Positions 19,101 through 28,233 of a DNA stretch of 64,000 nt are shown here, piece by piece (the stretch's first letter is position 1; every line of letters begins with the position of its first letter). The notes under the pieces were generated by a model that was not told where the DNA came from, did not search any database, and was given only the letters and a program-made list of their open reading frames with translations. The stretch is from assembly GCA_963740315.1 (NCBI GenBank), contig CAVUDP010000002.1:2304001-2368000 (forward strand). Direction: 5' to 3'. The stretch is from an uncultured cyanobacterium. GTDB taxonomy: Bacteria; Cyanobacteriota; Cyanobacteriia; Cyanobacteriales; Nostocaceae. The position numbers and the translations under genes were made by a program.

Positions 19101-19537
19101 TCGCTCCAAACATAAAAATCTCGTTCCGGACTACCTACGGGTGCCTTACGCGCCCGTTGGAACCACGGATGCTGGTCGGAAGTATGGTTAACAATTAACT
19201 CAATGATTACCCGGATGCCTCTTTGATGGGCAGCACTCAAGCAAGCCTTGAAATCGTCCAGATTTCCGTAAATTGGATTAACGGTAGTATAATCCGCGAT
19301 ATCGTAGCCATCGTCTCGCAAGGGAGAAGGGAAAAAAGGCAAGACCCAAATTGCCGTTACTCCCAAGTCTTGGAGATAATCTAACTTTTCAGTCAACCCC
19401 CGAAAATCGCCGATCCCATCGCCATCGCTATCAGCAAAAGCACGTACTGGCACTTCATAAATGACTGCATCTTTAAACCAAAGCGGGTCATCTTTCAATA
19501 ATGGATTTTGCATATTTTTTACTGGCTTATTTCCCAT
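16136..19537 (-). CDS. treS: Trehalose synthase (TreS) fused to a maltokinase-like domain
   Basis: WFKDAVIYE, RDDGYDI, RLDAVPYL, LAEANQWP, FLRNHDELTLE; C-terminal IIDFEG...SPLRDVAGM...EKA kinase-like region. Confidence 0.96.
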   Translation of the reverse strand: MGNKPVKNMQNPLLKDDPLWFKDAVIYEVPVRAFADSDGDGIGDFRGLTEKLDYLQDLGVTAIWVLPFFPSPLRDDGYDIADYTTVNPIYGNLDDFKACLSAAHQRGIRVIIELIVNHTSDQHPWFQRARKAPVGSPERDFYVWSDTLEKYEEARIIFKDFETSNWTWDPVAKSYYWHRFYSHQPDLNFESPQMQQALFDVVDFWLDLGVDAMRLDAVPYLYEREGSSCENLPETHAFLKKLRQHMDEKYPNRMLLAEANQWPEDAVEYYGDGDECHMNFHFPLMPRLFMGLQMEDSFPIIDILQQTPPIPDNCQWALFLRNHDELTLEMVSDEDRDYMYRVYAQDQQARLNLGIRRRLAPLMGNNRRRTEVMNALLMSLPGTPVLYYGDEIGMGDNIYLGDRNGVRTPMQWSADRNGGFSRCNPHKLYAPVIIDPEYHFEAVNVEAQRENRNSLWWWTKRLIATRGRFQAFGRGTFELLYPENRKVLAFTRTYNGEHILVVTNLSRFVQTVELDLSAFNAMIPVEIFGRTTFPAIDDTPYFMSLAPHAFYWFTLQVQTNITCPVRPQNQIPTLVVSDNWQNIFTKTETKAALEGILPDYMCACNWFDGKSRVIQSGHIIEAIPVSFRSLEAAVVLVQLDYTEGNPEIYVLHLAYEVEGINNERFGSYREEVVANIEIRSKKEVGLLFDALADKEFLNFPLEAIANKKTYKGMAGELIAEASKDFTELAGAASSHALKVHLEAHMLRGEHKNTCVVYGDRLMCKLFRKVVGEGINPDLEVGQFLTHASATKGLPGVENFAPVAGSLNYSRKGFETMTLGILQKFIPDIRDGWEYSLDSLRDFFEQVQVTQIDAVADIDLPSSLLSAALETEIPDLAQEMIGTYLRNAQLLGERTAEMHLALASDADDPNFAPEQFTSFYQRSIYQYMRNQAGQVLLLLKKHLIQLPSELQPVAQVVLNNREMILARLKSILNQKITAMRTRTHGNLCLNEVLYTGKDFIIIDFEGDQTRPLSERRMKRSPLRDVAGMIESFYYSSRIALRNEKESGIIVPDDLPLMEQWTQFFYTWSSVAFLKSYLSTAKGAPFLPSEPSELELLLDGFILEKAIVELEHELKNRPNWVEVPMHRILELLETA

Positions 19538-19620
19538 AAGATATCTTACTAATATAAGAAGCTAACTTTGAGTTAATTCTTAAATAGTTTTTGATTGTTT
19601 CAAATTATCGGGGTCAAATT

Positions 19621-21135
19621 ATGAGTTTTGAAAGAGCAAGTGGAGTTCTACTGCATCCTACCAGTTTGCCAAGTAAGTTTGGCATTGGGGATTTAGGAGA
19701 ATCGGCTTATAAGTTCGTTGATTTTCTCGCTGCTAGCGGTCAAAAGTTGTGGCAAATTCTACCTTTAGGACCCACGGGTTACGAACATTCTCCTTATACA
19801 ATGAATTTTAGCGCCTTCGCAGGAAATCCTTTAATGATTTCTTTAGAGCAGTTGCAGTCCGAGGGTTTGCTAACTTCAGAAGAATTAAATCCAACTGAAA
19901 AGGTCGCAGATAATCCGCAAAGAGTTGATTTTGATGCGGTAACTTCTCGTAAAACAAAAATCCTTCGACAAGCTTATCAACGTTTCCAAGAATCTTTATC
20001 AAAAAAAGCCAATCCTGAATTTGAACAGTTTTGTAAAGAACAAGCAACTTGGTTGGATGATTACGTGCTATTCATGGCACTACTAGAAGCTAACGATTAT
20101 AAGGCTTGGAACTTTTGGGATAATGCTGTAGCTCGTCGCGAAAAAGATGCGCTCAAAGCTGAAGCAGAAAAATTAATTGATGCGGTATCATACCACAAAT
20201 TCTTACAATTTAAATTCTTCCAGCAGTGGAAAAAAATCCGCGACTACGCCAACAATAAGAATATTAAAATAGTTGGTGATATTTCAATTTATGTTTGTCA
20301 TAATAGTGCCGATGTCTGGGCAAACCCAGAAATATTTCAGCTAAACTCCGAAACCCTTGAATCCGCCTACATTGCTGGAGTACCACCAGATTACTTTAGT
20401 GCCACCGGACAACTTTGGGGCAATCCCGTCTACGACTGGGACAAATTAGAAGAAACCAACTTTGCTTGGTGGATAGAACGTTTTCGGGCAACATTACAAT
20501 ATGTAGACATCGTTCGTATCGACCACTTCCGGGGATTTGAAGCGTATTGGCGAGTACCCGCAGGAGAAGAAACCGCCATCAACGGCGAATGGGTAAAAGG
20601 ACCTGATGCCAAATTCTTTGAAACTCTGGCTTCCACTTTAGGTAGTTTACCCGTCATGGCGGAAGACTTAGGAATTATTACCCCCGAAGTAGAAGAATTA
20701 CGAGACAGGTTTGATTTCCCCGGAATGCGTATTTTGCAATTTGCTTTCGGTGGCGATGACGATAACGCTTACTTACCCCATAACTACATTCAAAACTGCG
20801 TCGTATATCCCGGTACTCACGATAACGACACAACCATTGGATGGTGGAACAGTACGGGAGAACAAGAAAAGCAGCACGTAGCTAGATACTTGGAATATTC
20901 CTCACCCGAAGAAATCAAAGAAATCAACTGGGAATTTATTCGCATGGCGCTATCTTCAATGGGAGACTTAGCCATTCTTTCAGTGCAAGATTTACTAGAC
21001 TTAGACAGCAGCGGTAGAATGAACGATCCCAGTGTTAACGCTGGAAACTGGCGCTGGCGCTACGAAAGTTCCGACCAACTCACCCCCGAATTGAGTCAGC
21101 GGTTGTTGGAAATGACCCAGCATCATAAGCGATAA
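19621..21135 (+). CDS. malQ: 4-alpha-glucanotransferase (amylomaltase, GH77)
   Basis: RASGVLLHPTSLP, GVPPDYFSATGQLWGNP, RIDHFRGF, AEDLG, GTHDNDT; ATG at 19621 preferred. Confidence 0.97.
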   Translation: MSFERASGVLLHPTSLPSKFGIGDLGESAYKFVDFLAASGQKLWQILPLGPTGYEHSPYTMNFSAFAGNPLMISLEQLQSEGLLTSEELNPTEKVADNPQRVDFDAVTSRKTKILRQAYQRFQESLSKKANPEFEQFCKEQATWLDDYVLFMALLEANDYKAWNFWDNAVARREKDALKAEAEKLIDAVSYHKFLQFKFFQQWKKIRDYANNKNIKIVGDISIYVCHNSADVWANPEIFQLNSETLESAYIAGVPPDYFSATGQLWGNPVYDWDKLEETNFAWWIERFRATLQYVDIVRIDHFRGFEAYWRVPAGEETAINGEWVKGPDAKFFETLASTLGSLPVMAEDLGIITPEVEELRDRFDFPGMRILQFAFGGDDDNAYLPHNYIQNCVVYPGTHDNDTTIGWWNSTGEQEKQHVARYLEYSSPEEIKEINWEFIRMALSSMGDLAILSVQDLLDLDSSGRMNDPSVNAGNWRWRYESSDQLTPELSQRLLEMTQHHKR

Positions 21136-21512
21136 GGAAAGGTTAAAGGTAGAGGGGGATGGGGTTGGGGAGATGGGGAGATAGGGGGATGGGGAGATAG
21201 GGGGATGGGGAGATGGGGAGATGGGGAGATGGGGAGATGGGGAAGAGTGGGTAGAGGGGAAAGAGGGGGAGATGGGGAAGAGTGGGGTAGATAGCGAGCG
21301 AGACGCTCGCACTACAAAGATGCAGAGAAATGTTAATTTGCAACTTCTAACTCCTAACTCCTAACTCCTAACTATTCCCAATGCCCAATGCCCAATGCCC
21401 CATGCCCCATTCCTAATTCCCATTTCCCAATGCCCAATACCCAGTGCCTACTCCTAACCTATAACCTTTAACCTTTGACCTTTAACCTATAACCTATCTT
21501 CTCTCTATTCCC
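21136..21512. repeat. Composite STRR array with an embedded GCGAGCGAGACGCTCGCACTAC REP
   Basis: (GGGGAGAT)n, (CTCCTAA)n, (CCCAATG)n, (CCTTTAA)n. Confidence 0.9.
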
Positions 21513-21640
21513 CATCGTCGTTCAATCTAAAACTATTGACTGATGACAGTTGAATAAAATTAAGTCGGAAGCAGGAAGAAAAGATATAAGCATTTTTTTT
21601 ACACTGATGTTCAGATGTAAATAAATTAGTAATAACTTCT

Positions 21641-22486
21641 ATGACACTATTCAAACTTGCAGATTTCGACCCCAACTATAAAGAAGTTTTTGGTGGTGAA
21701 GATATAAAGGAAATGTCTCTTTATACTCAAGGAGGAGACAAAATTGGTTCCGTTGATGATGCTTTGGTAGATAAAGACGGTCGTTTTCGCTATTTGGTTA
21801 TTAGTACTGGAGCAATGTTTTTCGGTAAGAAAATCTTGTTACCAATCGGTCTTTCACGCCTCGACTATAGCCAAAAGCGCGTTTATGTAGATGGACTAAG
21901 TAAAGAGCAAGTAGAAAACTTGCCTGAATACGACGATAGCATGACCGTTGATTACCATTATGAAGAGAAAGTACGCGGTGCTTATCGTGCCCCAGAAGCT
22001 AAAAATGTAGCTCATCAGCCAGATACTTATAACTACCAGAAAGATTCTTCTTTATACGATTTAAACGATCGCGACCATTCTAATATTAAACTTTATGAAG
22101 AGCGTTTAGTTGCTAGCAAGTCCCGCATTAAAACTGGTGAAGTAAGTGTTGGTAAACACGTTGAAACCGAAACTGCTAGGGTTTCAGTACCAGTTGATAA
22201 AGAGCGAGTTGTAATCGAACGAGTTACACCTACCGGAGAAGCAACTGTAGTCGATCCAGATACAGTTAACTTTGCTGAAGGTGAAGTTGCACGAGTTGAA
22301 CTTTACGAAGAACAGCCTGACATTCACAAAGAAGCATACGTGCGTGAAGAAGTACGAGTTAAGAAAGTTGTCGAACACGACACTGTTGAAGCAAGTGAAA
22401 CTATTCGTAGAGAAGAGTTAGATGTCGATACCCAAGGCGATTTACGAGTGAATGAATCAGATACAGCTAGAAAAGACCGCATTTAA
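21641..22486 (+). CDS. PRC-barrel + DUF2382 (YsnF/AvaK-like) protein
   Basis: KIGSVDDALVD..GRFRYLV PRC barrel; IKLYEERL..GEV.VGKHVETE..IRREEL DUF2382. Confidence 0.9.
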   Translation: MTLFKLADFDPNYKEVFGGEDIKEMSLYTQGGDKIGSVDDALVDKDGRFRYLVISTGAMFFGKKILLPIGLSRLDYSQKRVYVDGLSKEQVENLPEYDDSMTVDYHYEEKVRGAYRAPEAKNVAHQPDTYNYQKDSSLYDLNDRDHSNIKLYEERLVASKSRIKTGEVSVGKHVETETARVSVPVDKERVVIERVTPTGEATVVDPDTVNFAEGEVARVELYEEQPDIHKEAYVREEVRVKKVVEHDTVEASETIRREELDVDTQGDLRVNESDTARKDRI

Positions 22487-22968
22487 TAATTCATTAATAA
22501 TGATTAATATTGCAATACAGCATTTTTAAGTCATTTGTAAATTTCACAAACCCGGTTTTTTTTACCGAGTTACTTGATATTTATATTCTTGACTCCAAAG
22601 GTAGATATTAACTTCTATCTTTGGAGTATTTTTTTTGTGCAAAAACTAATTATGGTAGTGCCCTTGTGCGACGATCGCGCGATCGCTGCATTTGCAAAAA
22701 TAAGCACGAATTACAAGATATGAATATTCAGAATTACGAGTCCAGCTTTATAAAGAATTTTATTCAAATAATAAGTTTATTAAAGGCGTTAATTGCGATA
22801 ATCCATATATCAATTACTGCTAAAACTCGTTTTTCATAAAAATACAAAACAATTTACTACTTCTGATTATGCGTAAAAAAATTAAGTCAGTCGTGGGGAA
22901 GATGAATCTCAAAAGATTTTTTTTTAATGTTGTTAGTAACGAAGAAAAAATTAGGAGATAAGAATTAT

Positions 22969-23886
22969 ATGGCTCTTTACAAAATTGCAGATTACGATCC
23001 TGACTATCGCGATGTTTTCCAGGGGCAAGACATCAAAGATATGAGTGTTTACGCTGAAGGAAGTGACGATAAAGTTGGTTCCGTTAGCGATATTTTAGTA
23101 GATAACGAAGGTCGTTTTCGTTATTTGGTAGTTGACTTAGGTTTCTGGATTTTTGGTAAGAAAGTATTAATGCCAGTTGGTCGCACCCGCATTGATTACA
23201 ATGCAAGCCGCATTTATGCTGTCGGTATGACTAGAGAGCAAGCTGAAAACTTGCCTGAATTCAACGAAAACCAAACCTTAGATTACGATTACGAAGAAAG
23301 TGTACGTGGTGTATATCGCACTACTCCTGTAGAAAGATCCGCAGCTCTGGAAGATTCTGCACCTCTCGATGCACCAGCATATAGTGGAGCAACTCGTGCC
23401 CAAACTGGGACCACCAATCCAGTAAATCCTGCCCCGACTTATAACCGCGATACTTATAAGTATGAGGAAGAACCTCATCTGTACAACGTTAACGATACAG
23501 ACCATCAAAATATTAAACTCTATGAAGAGCGTTTAGTTGCTAACAAACAGCGTCGCAAAGCTGGTGAAGTAGCAATTGGTAAGCACGTTGAAACCGAAAC
23601 TGCGCGAGTTTCTGTACCTGTTGACAAAGAGCGTGTAGTTGTTGAACGAGTAACTCCAGATAATGCAGGTAGAGCAGTTGCTCCCGGTGAAGCAGCTTTC
23701 AAAGAAGGTGAAGTCGCTCACGTAGATGTTTACGAAGAGAATGCTAATGTTAAAAAAGAAGCATTCGTTCGTGAAGAAGTTAGAGTTAAGAAAGAAGTAG
23801 AACACGATACTGTTGAGACCCAAGAAACGATTCGCCGTGAAGAATTAGATATTGATTCTGGCAATCTACCTACCGACAGGCGCTAA
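22969..23886 (+). CDS. PRC-barrel + DUF2382 protein (paralog)
   Basis: Same architecture as 21641; AGGAG RBS before ATG 22969. Confidence 0.9.
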   Translation: MALYKIADYDPDYRDVFQGQDIKDMSVYAEGSDDKVGSVSDILVDNEGRFRYLVVDLGFWIFGKKVLMPVGRTRIDYNASRIYAVGMTREQAENLPEFNENQTLDYDYEESVRGVYRTTPVERSAALEDSAPLDAPAYSGATRAQTGTTNPVNPAPTYNRDTYKYEEEPHLYNVNDTDHQNIKLYEERLVANKQRRKAGEVAIGKHVETETARVSVPVDKERVVVERVTPDNAGRAVAPGEAAFKEGEVAHVDVYEENANVKKEAFVREEVRVKKEVEHDTVETQETIRREELDIDSGNLPTDRR

Positions 23887-24064
23887 TTTCTGATGATCGA
23901 TCTGTTAATTAGTTGTTAGTTATTAGTTCTTAGCTAGTAACTGATAGCTAATTTTTATTTTGCGTGACTTTAACTAATGTATATATTTAATTATATTGTT
24001 TTAAATTATTTTATTATATATAAATGGTACATTAAATGCATAGCTATTAATAAATTATGTAAAT

Positions 24065-24943
24065 ATGAATAATCAAATAACTGATAATAATACCTCTAAC
24101 GGAAAAACTGAAAAAGTAATCAGTTTAATCGATAAGCTAAAAAGTAAAGTCAAAAATTTTGATGTTGTCGATCGACAAGGTAAATTAATCGGCAAAGTTC
24201 GAGATTTGATGGTTAATAGCAACCGTCAACTTAATTTTGCGATCCAAAAATTATCTCAAAACAATGAGACTAATCCTCTATTGCTATTGAATGCCAAATT
24301 AGTCCATAAGATCGAGCCGAAGATTCAACGTGTTTTTACCCATATTGATGAATCGCAATTAAACCAGTTACCTAAATATACAGAAAGGGAAAATAAAGTA
24401 AGTAATATGACAGACAATTTAAATTTTGACCAACCTATTGACTATAAAGCACATTCAGCTACTACAGAAAATCCTGAAGTCGATCGTATAGCGCGATCGG
24501 AAGGTATAGAAGTAGAAGAAATTGAAGAAGATATCATTCGTTTGTTAGGGGAAAGGTTAGTTGTCGAACGTAGCAAACGTAAAATTGGCGAAGTTATTAT
24601 TCGCAAAGAAATAGAAACTCGGATGATACAAATCCCCGTCCGACGTGAGAAACTTATTATTGAAGAACCCGGACTTGAACCCAAGCGGCTTGCAGAAATC
24701 GACTTAGGTGAAGAAGAAATTTCAGATGATGAGTTAAGTAAGGCAGCAGTCGGTAGTGACTTTGAAGGTGGTTTAAGTGTCAGCGGTGAATTCGACTCAC
24801 CTAAAATTGCTTCTTTAATTCTTAATGCCATCCAATTAGAGCAGAATCACGGATGCAAAAAGGTGCGAGTTTCTATCCTCGTAGAAAATGAAGAAAAGCA
24901 GCAGAAATATAAAGAATGGTTCAATCGTACTTCTAAAGCATAA
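24065..24943 (+). CDS. PRC-barrel-like + DUF2382 protein with an extra C-terminal domain
   Basis: VVDRQGKLIGKVRDL; IRLLGERLVVERSKRKIGEVIIRKEIETRMIQIPVRREKL. Confidence 0.82.
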   Translation: MNNQITDNNTSNGKTEKVISLIDKLKSKVKNFDVVDRQGKLIGKVRDLMVNSNRQLNFAIQKLSQNNETNPLLLLNAKLVHKIEPKIQRVFTHIDESQLNQLPKYTERENKVSNMTDNLNFDQPIDYKAHSATTENPEVDRIARSEGIEVEEIEEDIIRLLGERLVVERSKRKIGEVIIRKEIETRMIQIPVRREKLIIEEPGLEPKRLAEIDLGEEEISDDELSKAAVGSDFEGGLSVSGEFDSPKIASLILNAIQLEQNHGCKKVRVSILVENEEKQQKYKEWFNRTSKA

Positions 24944-24974
24944 AAAAAGTAAATATATCCGAATAGTTATTTAG

Positions 24975-24999
24975 AGACTTGCAATAGCAAGTCTTTTTT
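24975..24999 (+). terminator. Rho-independent terminator
   Basis: AGACTTGC-AATA-GCAAGTCT followed by a T tract, about 30 bp after the stop at 24943. Confidence 0.75.
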
Positions 25000-25511
25000 A
25001 TATATATTTTTTTTTATCGATCCCCGCTATATTCCATGATTTATTACTATTTGAAACGGTATCTGATGTAACTAAAATCTCTGCATTTTTTGGGGATCGC
25101 AGATATTTCACAAGCACTCTTAAATAAAACTTATTTAATAAAAGATTATTCATATATACTTTGTGTAAAGGAGTATTAAGAAATACTTATTAAAGATTGT
25201 TGCAATAGGTTGATTTAATTGTTAGAGTGTGATGCATGACGACGATGATATAAATTCGTGTCTGGGGAATATGCACACCAGCTATATCTGCAACTAAGTA
25301 TTGAAAAAAAACATTGGTTAGGGAACCCAAAGAGAGAGAAATCTAACCAAATGCAAGTATCTTGATAGTTCGAGAAAAATTAACGATAAACAGCTTATGT
25401 CTATTGCTGTAAAAACATTTCACTTTTTGTCGATATCTATGTAAATCCGGACGGAAATATATCGGCGCTTAGCAATATTGCACAAATACTTAAAGCATGG
25501 AGGATAAAAGT

Positions 25512-26330
25512 ATGAATATTCAAGGTAAAACTGCCTTAATTACTGGGGCTTCCCGTGGTATTGGACGTGCGATCGCCTTAGAATTAGCGACTCATAAAGT
25601 AAAACGGTTGATATTGGTTGCACGCTCCCGCGATAAATTAGCCGAAGTTGCAAAGCTTGTTGAAACGATGGGAATAGAAGCGGTAATCATGCCGTTGGAT
25701 TTGACAAAACCAGTGTTTGTAAACGTTGCGGTAGCACAACTTTGGCAAAGTTATGGTCCGATCGATATGTTGGTTAATTGCGCTGGTGTGGCTCATCAAA
25801 ACTCGTTTTTACAAACTAAGTTACCTCAAATACAAGAAGAATTATCTTTGAATTTACTGGGAACTTACACCATGACTCACATGATGGCGCGACGGATGGT
25901 AAAGCAAAAACAAGGAACAATTGTTAACGTATCGAGTTTAATGGGGAAAGTTGCAGCACCGACAATGGCGACTTATTCGGCGACTAAGTTTGCAATCTTG
26001 GGATTTACCGAAGCCTTACGTCGGGAGTTAGAGCCACATCACATCAAAGTAATTTCCCTATTACCAACATTGACAGACACCGAGATGGTGCGAGACTTGC
26101 AACTATATCGCGGAGTGATCCCGATGTCACCCGAAAAAGTAGCGCAAGCATTCGTCAAAGGATTGAAAAAAGACTCATCAGAAATCTTAGTTGGTTGGCA
26201 AAGTCATTTAGCGATTTTATGTCAGCGACTCGCACCGTGGTTGTTAGAGGTGGTATTAAAACTCGCATCACCTCAAACCAAAGCACCGAAGATACAGCAG
26301 TATTATCAGAGGTTGGTTCGTAGTTGGTAG
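25512..26330 (+). CDS. Classical SDR-family oxidoreductase
   Basis: TGASRGIG, LVNCAG, NVSS, YSATK; GGAGGA RBS precedes ATG 25512. Confidence 0.92.
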   Translation: MNIQGKTALITGASRGIGRAIALELATHKVKRLILVARSRDKLAEVAKLVETMGIEAVIMPLDLTKPVFVNVAVAQLWQSYGPIDMLVNCAGVAHQNSFLQTKLPQIQEELSLNLLGTYTMTHMMARRMVKQKQGTIVNVSSLMGKVAAPTMATYSATKFAILGFTEALRRELEPHHIKVISLLPTLTDTEMVRDLQLYRGVIPMSPEKVAQAFVKGLKKDSSEILVGWQSHLAILCQRLAPWLLEVVLKLASPQTKAPKIQQYYQRLVRSW

Positions 26331-26336
26331 TTATCA

Positions 26337-26410
26337 AAATAATGTAGAGACGTTGCACTGCAACGTCTCCATATACTGCAACGTCTCCATATACTGCAAC
26401 GTCTCCATAT
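26337..26410. repeat. TGTAGAGACG REP with an 18-bp triplicated right arm
   Basis: ACTGCAACGTCTCCATAT x3 at 26357-26410. Confidence 0.85.
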
Positions 26411-26489
26411 ATTGAGGGGAAAAATTAGTAAAGCTTATCCTCAATAGAGCCTCAAAACCTGGTGGTTACTCTAACAATAATTTTTCTCT

Positions 26490-26645
26490 TTATTCGACAA
26501 CGCGTTTACGTATAAAAAGGGTAATAATTCCCCCGACTAAAAGAGCAACTCCCCACCAAAGAGAATCACCAGGAAGACCTTTGAGCAAAAGTGTAGTCAT
26601 CCCAGAACTTAGCAGCGACCATCCTATTGTTGTTTGATAGCCCAT
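26490..26645 (-). CDS. Small (51 aa) putative membrane protein, not in the ORF track
   Basis: MGYQTTIGWSLLSSGMTTLLLKGLPGDSLWWGVALLVGGIITLFIRKRVVE*; two hydrophobic segments, basic tail, GC higher than flanks. Confidence 0.6.
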   Translation of the reverse strand: MGYQTTIGWSLLSSGMTTLLLKGLPGDSLWWGVALLVGGIITLFIRKRVVE

Positions 26646-26927
26646 TTAATTAATTTTCCTGCGTTACTTACTCTTCCAAAAATAGTTCTTTGTTTCATAA
26701 AAATAATCCACTAAAAGTATTAGAATAAGACTAGTCTGGAGTAGTATTTTCTATACTTTCTACTAAATATTGTAAATTATGTTGCATTCTCTATTTAATG
26801 CGGCGTGCGTCCAAAACATCGCTTTCTAATACAGCGTTTATGTTACCTTACGCAATACAAAAATTTTCTTCCCTAGTTTTTCCCGATTACTTTCTAACTT
26901 GAAGTTAGCAATAACTAAGAGAACAAA

Positions 26928-27998
26928 ATGAACATACAAACGTTAGAGGAAAACAAAGCCGAAGCCTTTGCCAAAAGAATGCTTGGAATTTTAAATGATG
27001 GTGCAATTTCCATTATGATTTCCATCGGACATCGGACTAAACTTTTCGATACTTTAGCTACATTATCACCATCGACAAGCCAACAAATAGCAGATGCAGC
27101 TAATTTAAACGAACGCTATGTAAGAGAATGGTTGGGAGCAATGGTAACTGGTAGAATTATCGAATATTATCCCAATCGTAATACTTACTCTCTACCTCAA
27201 GAATATGCAGTATTTTTAACAAGAGCAGCAAGCCCCGACAATATAGCGGCTTTTGCTCAATATATTTCACTTTTAGGAACCGTTGAAGATAAGATTATTG
27301 AATGCTTTTATAACGGTGGGGGAGTTCCCTATTCCGATTACAAACGCTTTCATCAAGTAATGGCAGAAGATAGCGGACAAACTGTAGTTGCAGCTTTAGA
27401 AGATTTTATTTTACCGCTAATTCCTGGTTTAGAAACAGCACTGCAAAACGGTATAGATGTACTTGATGTAGGTTGCGGTAGCGGGCGGGCGTTAAATTCC
27501 TTAGCTCAAGCATTTCCCCAAAGTCGGTTTACTGGTTACGATTTTTCCGAAGAGGCTATTACTACAGCTAATAATCAAGCTAAAAAACTTGGTTTAACCA
27601 ACATCCAATTTCAAATCAAAGATGCTGCAACCATAAACGAAGTTGCTCAATACGATTTGATTACAACATTCGATGCCATCCACGATCAAGCCAAACCAGA
27701 CATAGTATTAAGCACAATATTTAATGCATTGCGCCCTAACGGTATCTACTTAATGCAAGATATTCGGGCATCGAGTCATGTTGATGGCAATTTAGAACAT
27801 CCCGCAGCACCATTACTTTATACAATATCCTGTATGCACTGCATGAGTGTTTCCTTAGCAGCAAATGGAATGGGACTCGGTGCCATGTGGGGAGAAGAAA
27901 AGGCGTTGGAAATGTTAGAAGCGGCAGGTTTTACCAGCGTAGAAATCAAACGGCTCGAACATGATTTTCAAAACAATTATTACATTGTCAAAAAATAA
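26928..27998 (+). CDS. Class I SAM methyltransferase with N-terminal winged-helix (Rv2258c-like)
   Basis: LNERYVREWL helix region; VLDVGCGSG, FDAIHD, SCMHC, GLGAMWG. Confidence 0.9.
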   Translation: MNIQTLEENKAEAFAKRMLGILNDGAISIMISIGHRTKLFDTLATLSPSTSQQIADAANLNERYVREWLGAMVTGRIIEYYPNRNTYSLPQEYAVFLTRAASPDNIAAFAQYISLLGTVEDKIIECFYNGGGVPYSDYKRFHQVMAEDSGQTVVAALEDFILPLIPGLETALQNGIDVLDVGCGSGRALNSLAQAFPQSRFTGYDFSEEAITTANNQAKKLGLTNIQFQIKDAATINEVAQYDLITTFDAIHDQAKPDIVLSTIFNALRPNGIYLMQDIRASSHVDGNLEHPAAPLLYTISCMHCMSVSLAANGMGLGAMWGEEKALEMLEAAGFTSVEIKRLEHDFQNNYYIVKK

Positions 27999-28233
27999 TT
28001 TGCAATTACCAATTAGTAATCAATTATTATGTGTAAACTTTGTGCTTTAAGTATGCGTTTTCAGCAACAAAATAAAAAGAATTCTCAACTTTCAGATACG
28101 AATAAATTATCTGAATTCGTTAAACGCAAAATTGAGAATAAAACATAATAGTATTTGTAAGTAACCCAACATTGCATAGTCGTTATGCTGAAAAATTATA
28201 TTTAGCAAAAATTGATTGATAACCGATCGTTAA

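Noticed and set aside
21515..21580. CGTTCA...CGGAAGCAGG resembling a glutamine (glnA) riboswitch
   Set aside because: The closing GAAGGAACG strand and stem pairing are absent
25059..25072. NtcA-like site GTA-N8-AAC (also GTA-N8-TGC near 26772 and GTAAC-N5-GTTAC near 38415)
   Set aside because: Imperfect or wrong spacing; such matches are expected by chance in AT-rich DNA
25512..26330. SDR as HetN
   Set aside because: Lacks the ERGSGR motif (has KQKQGT at that position) and has no hgl/het neighbours
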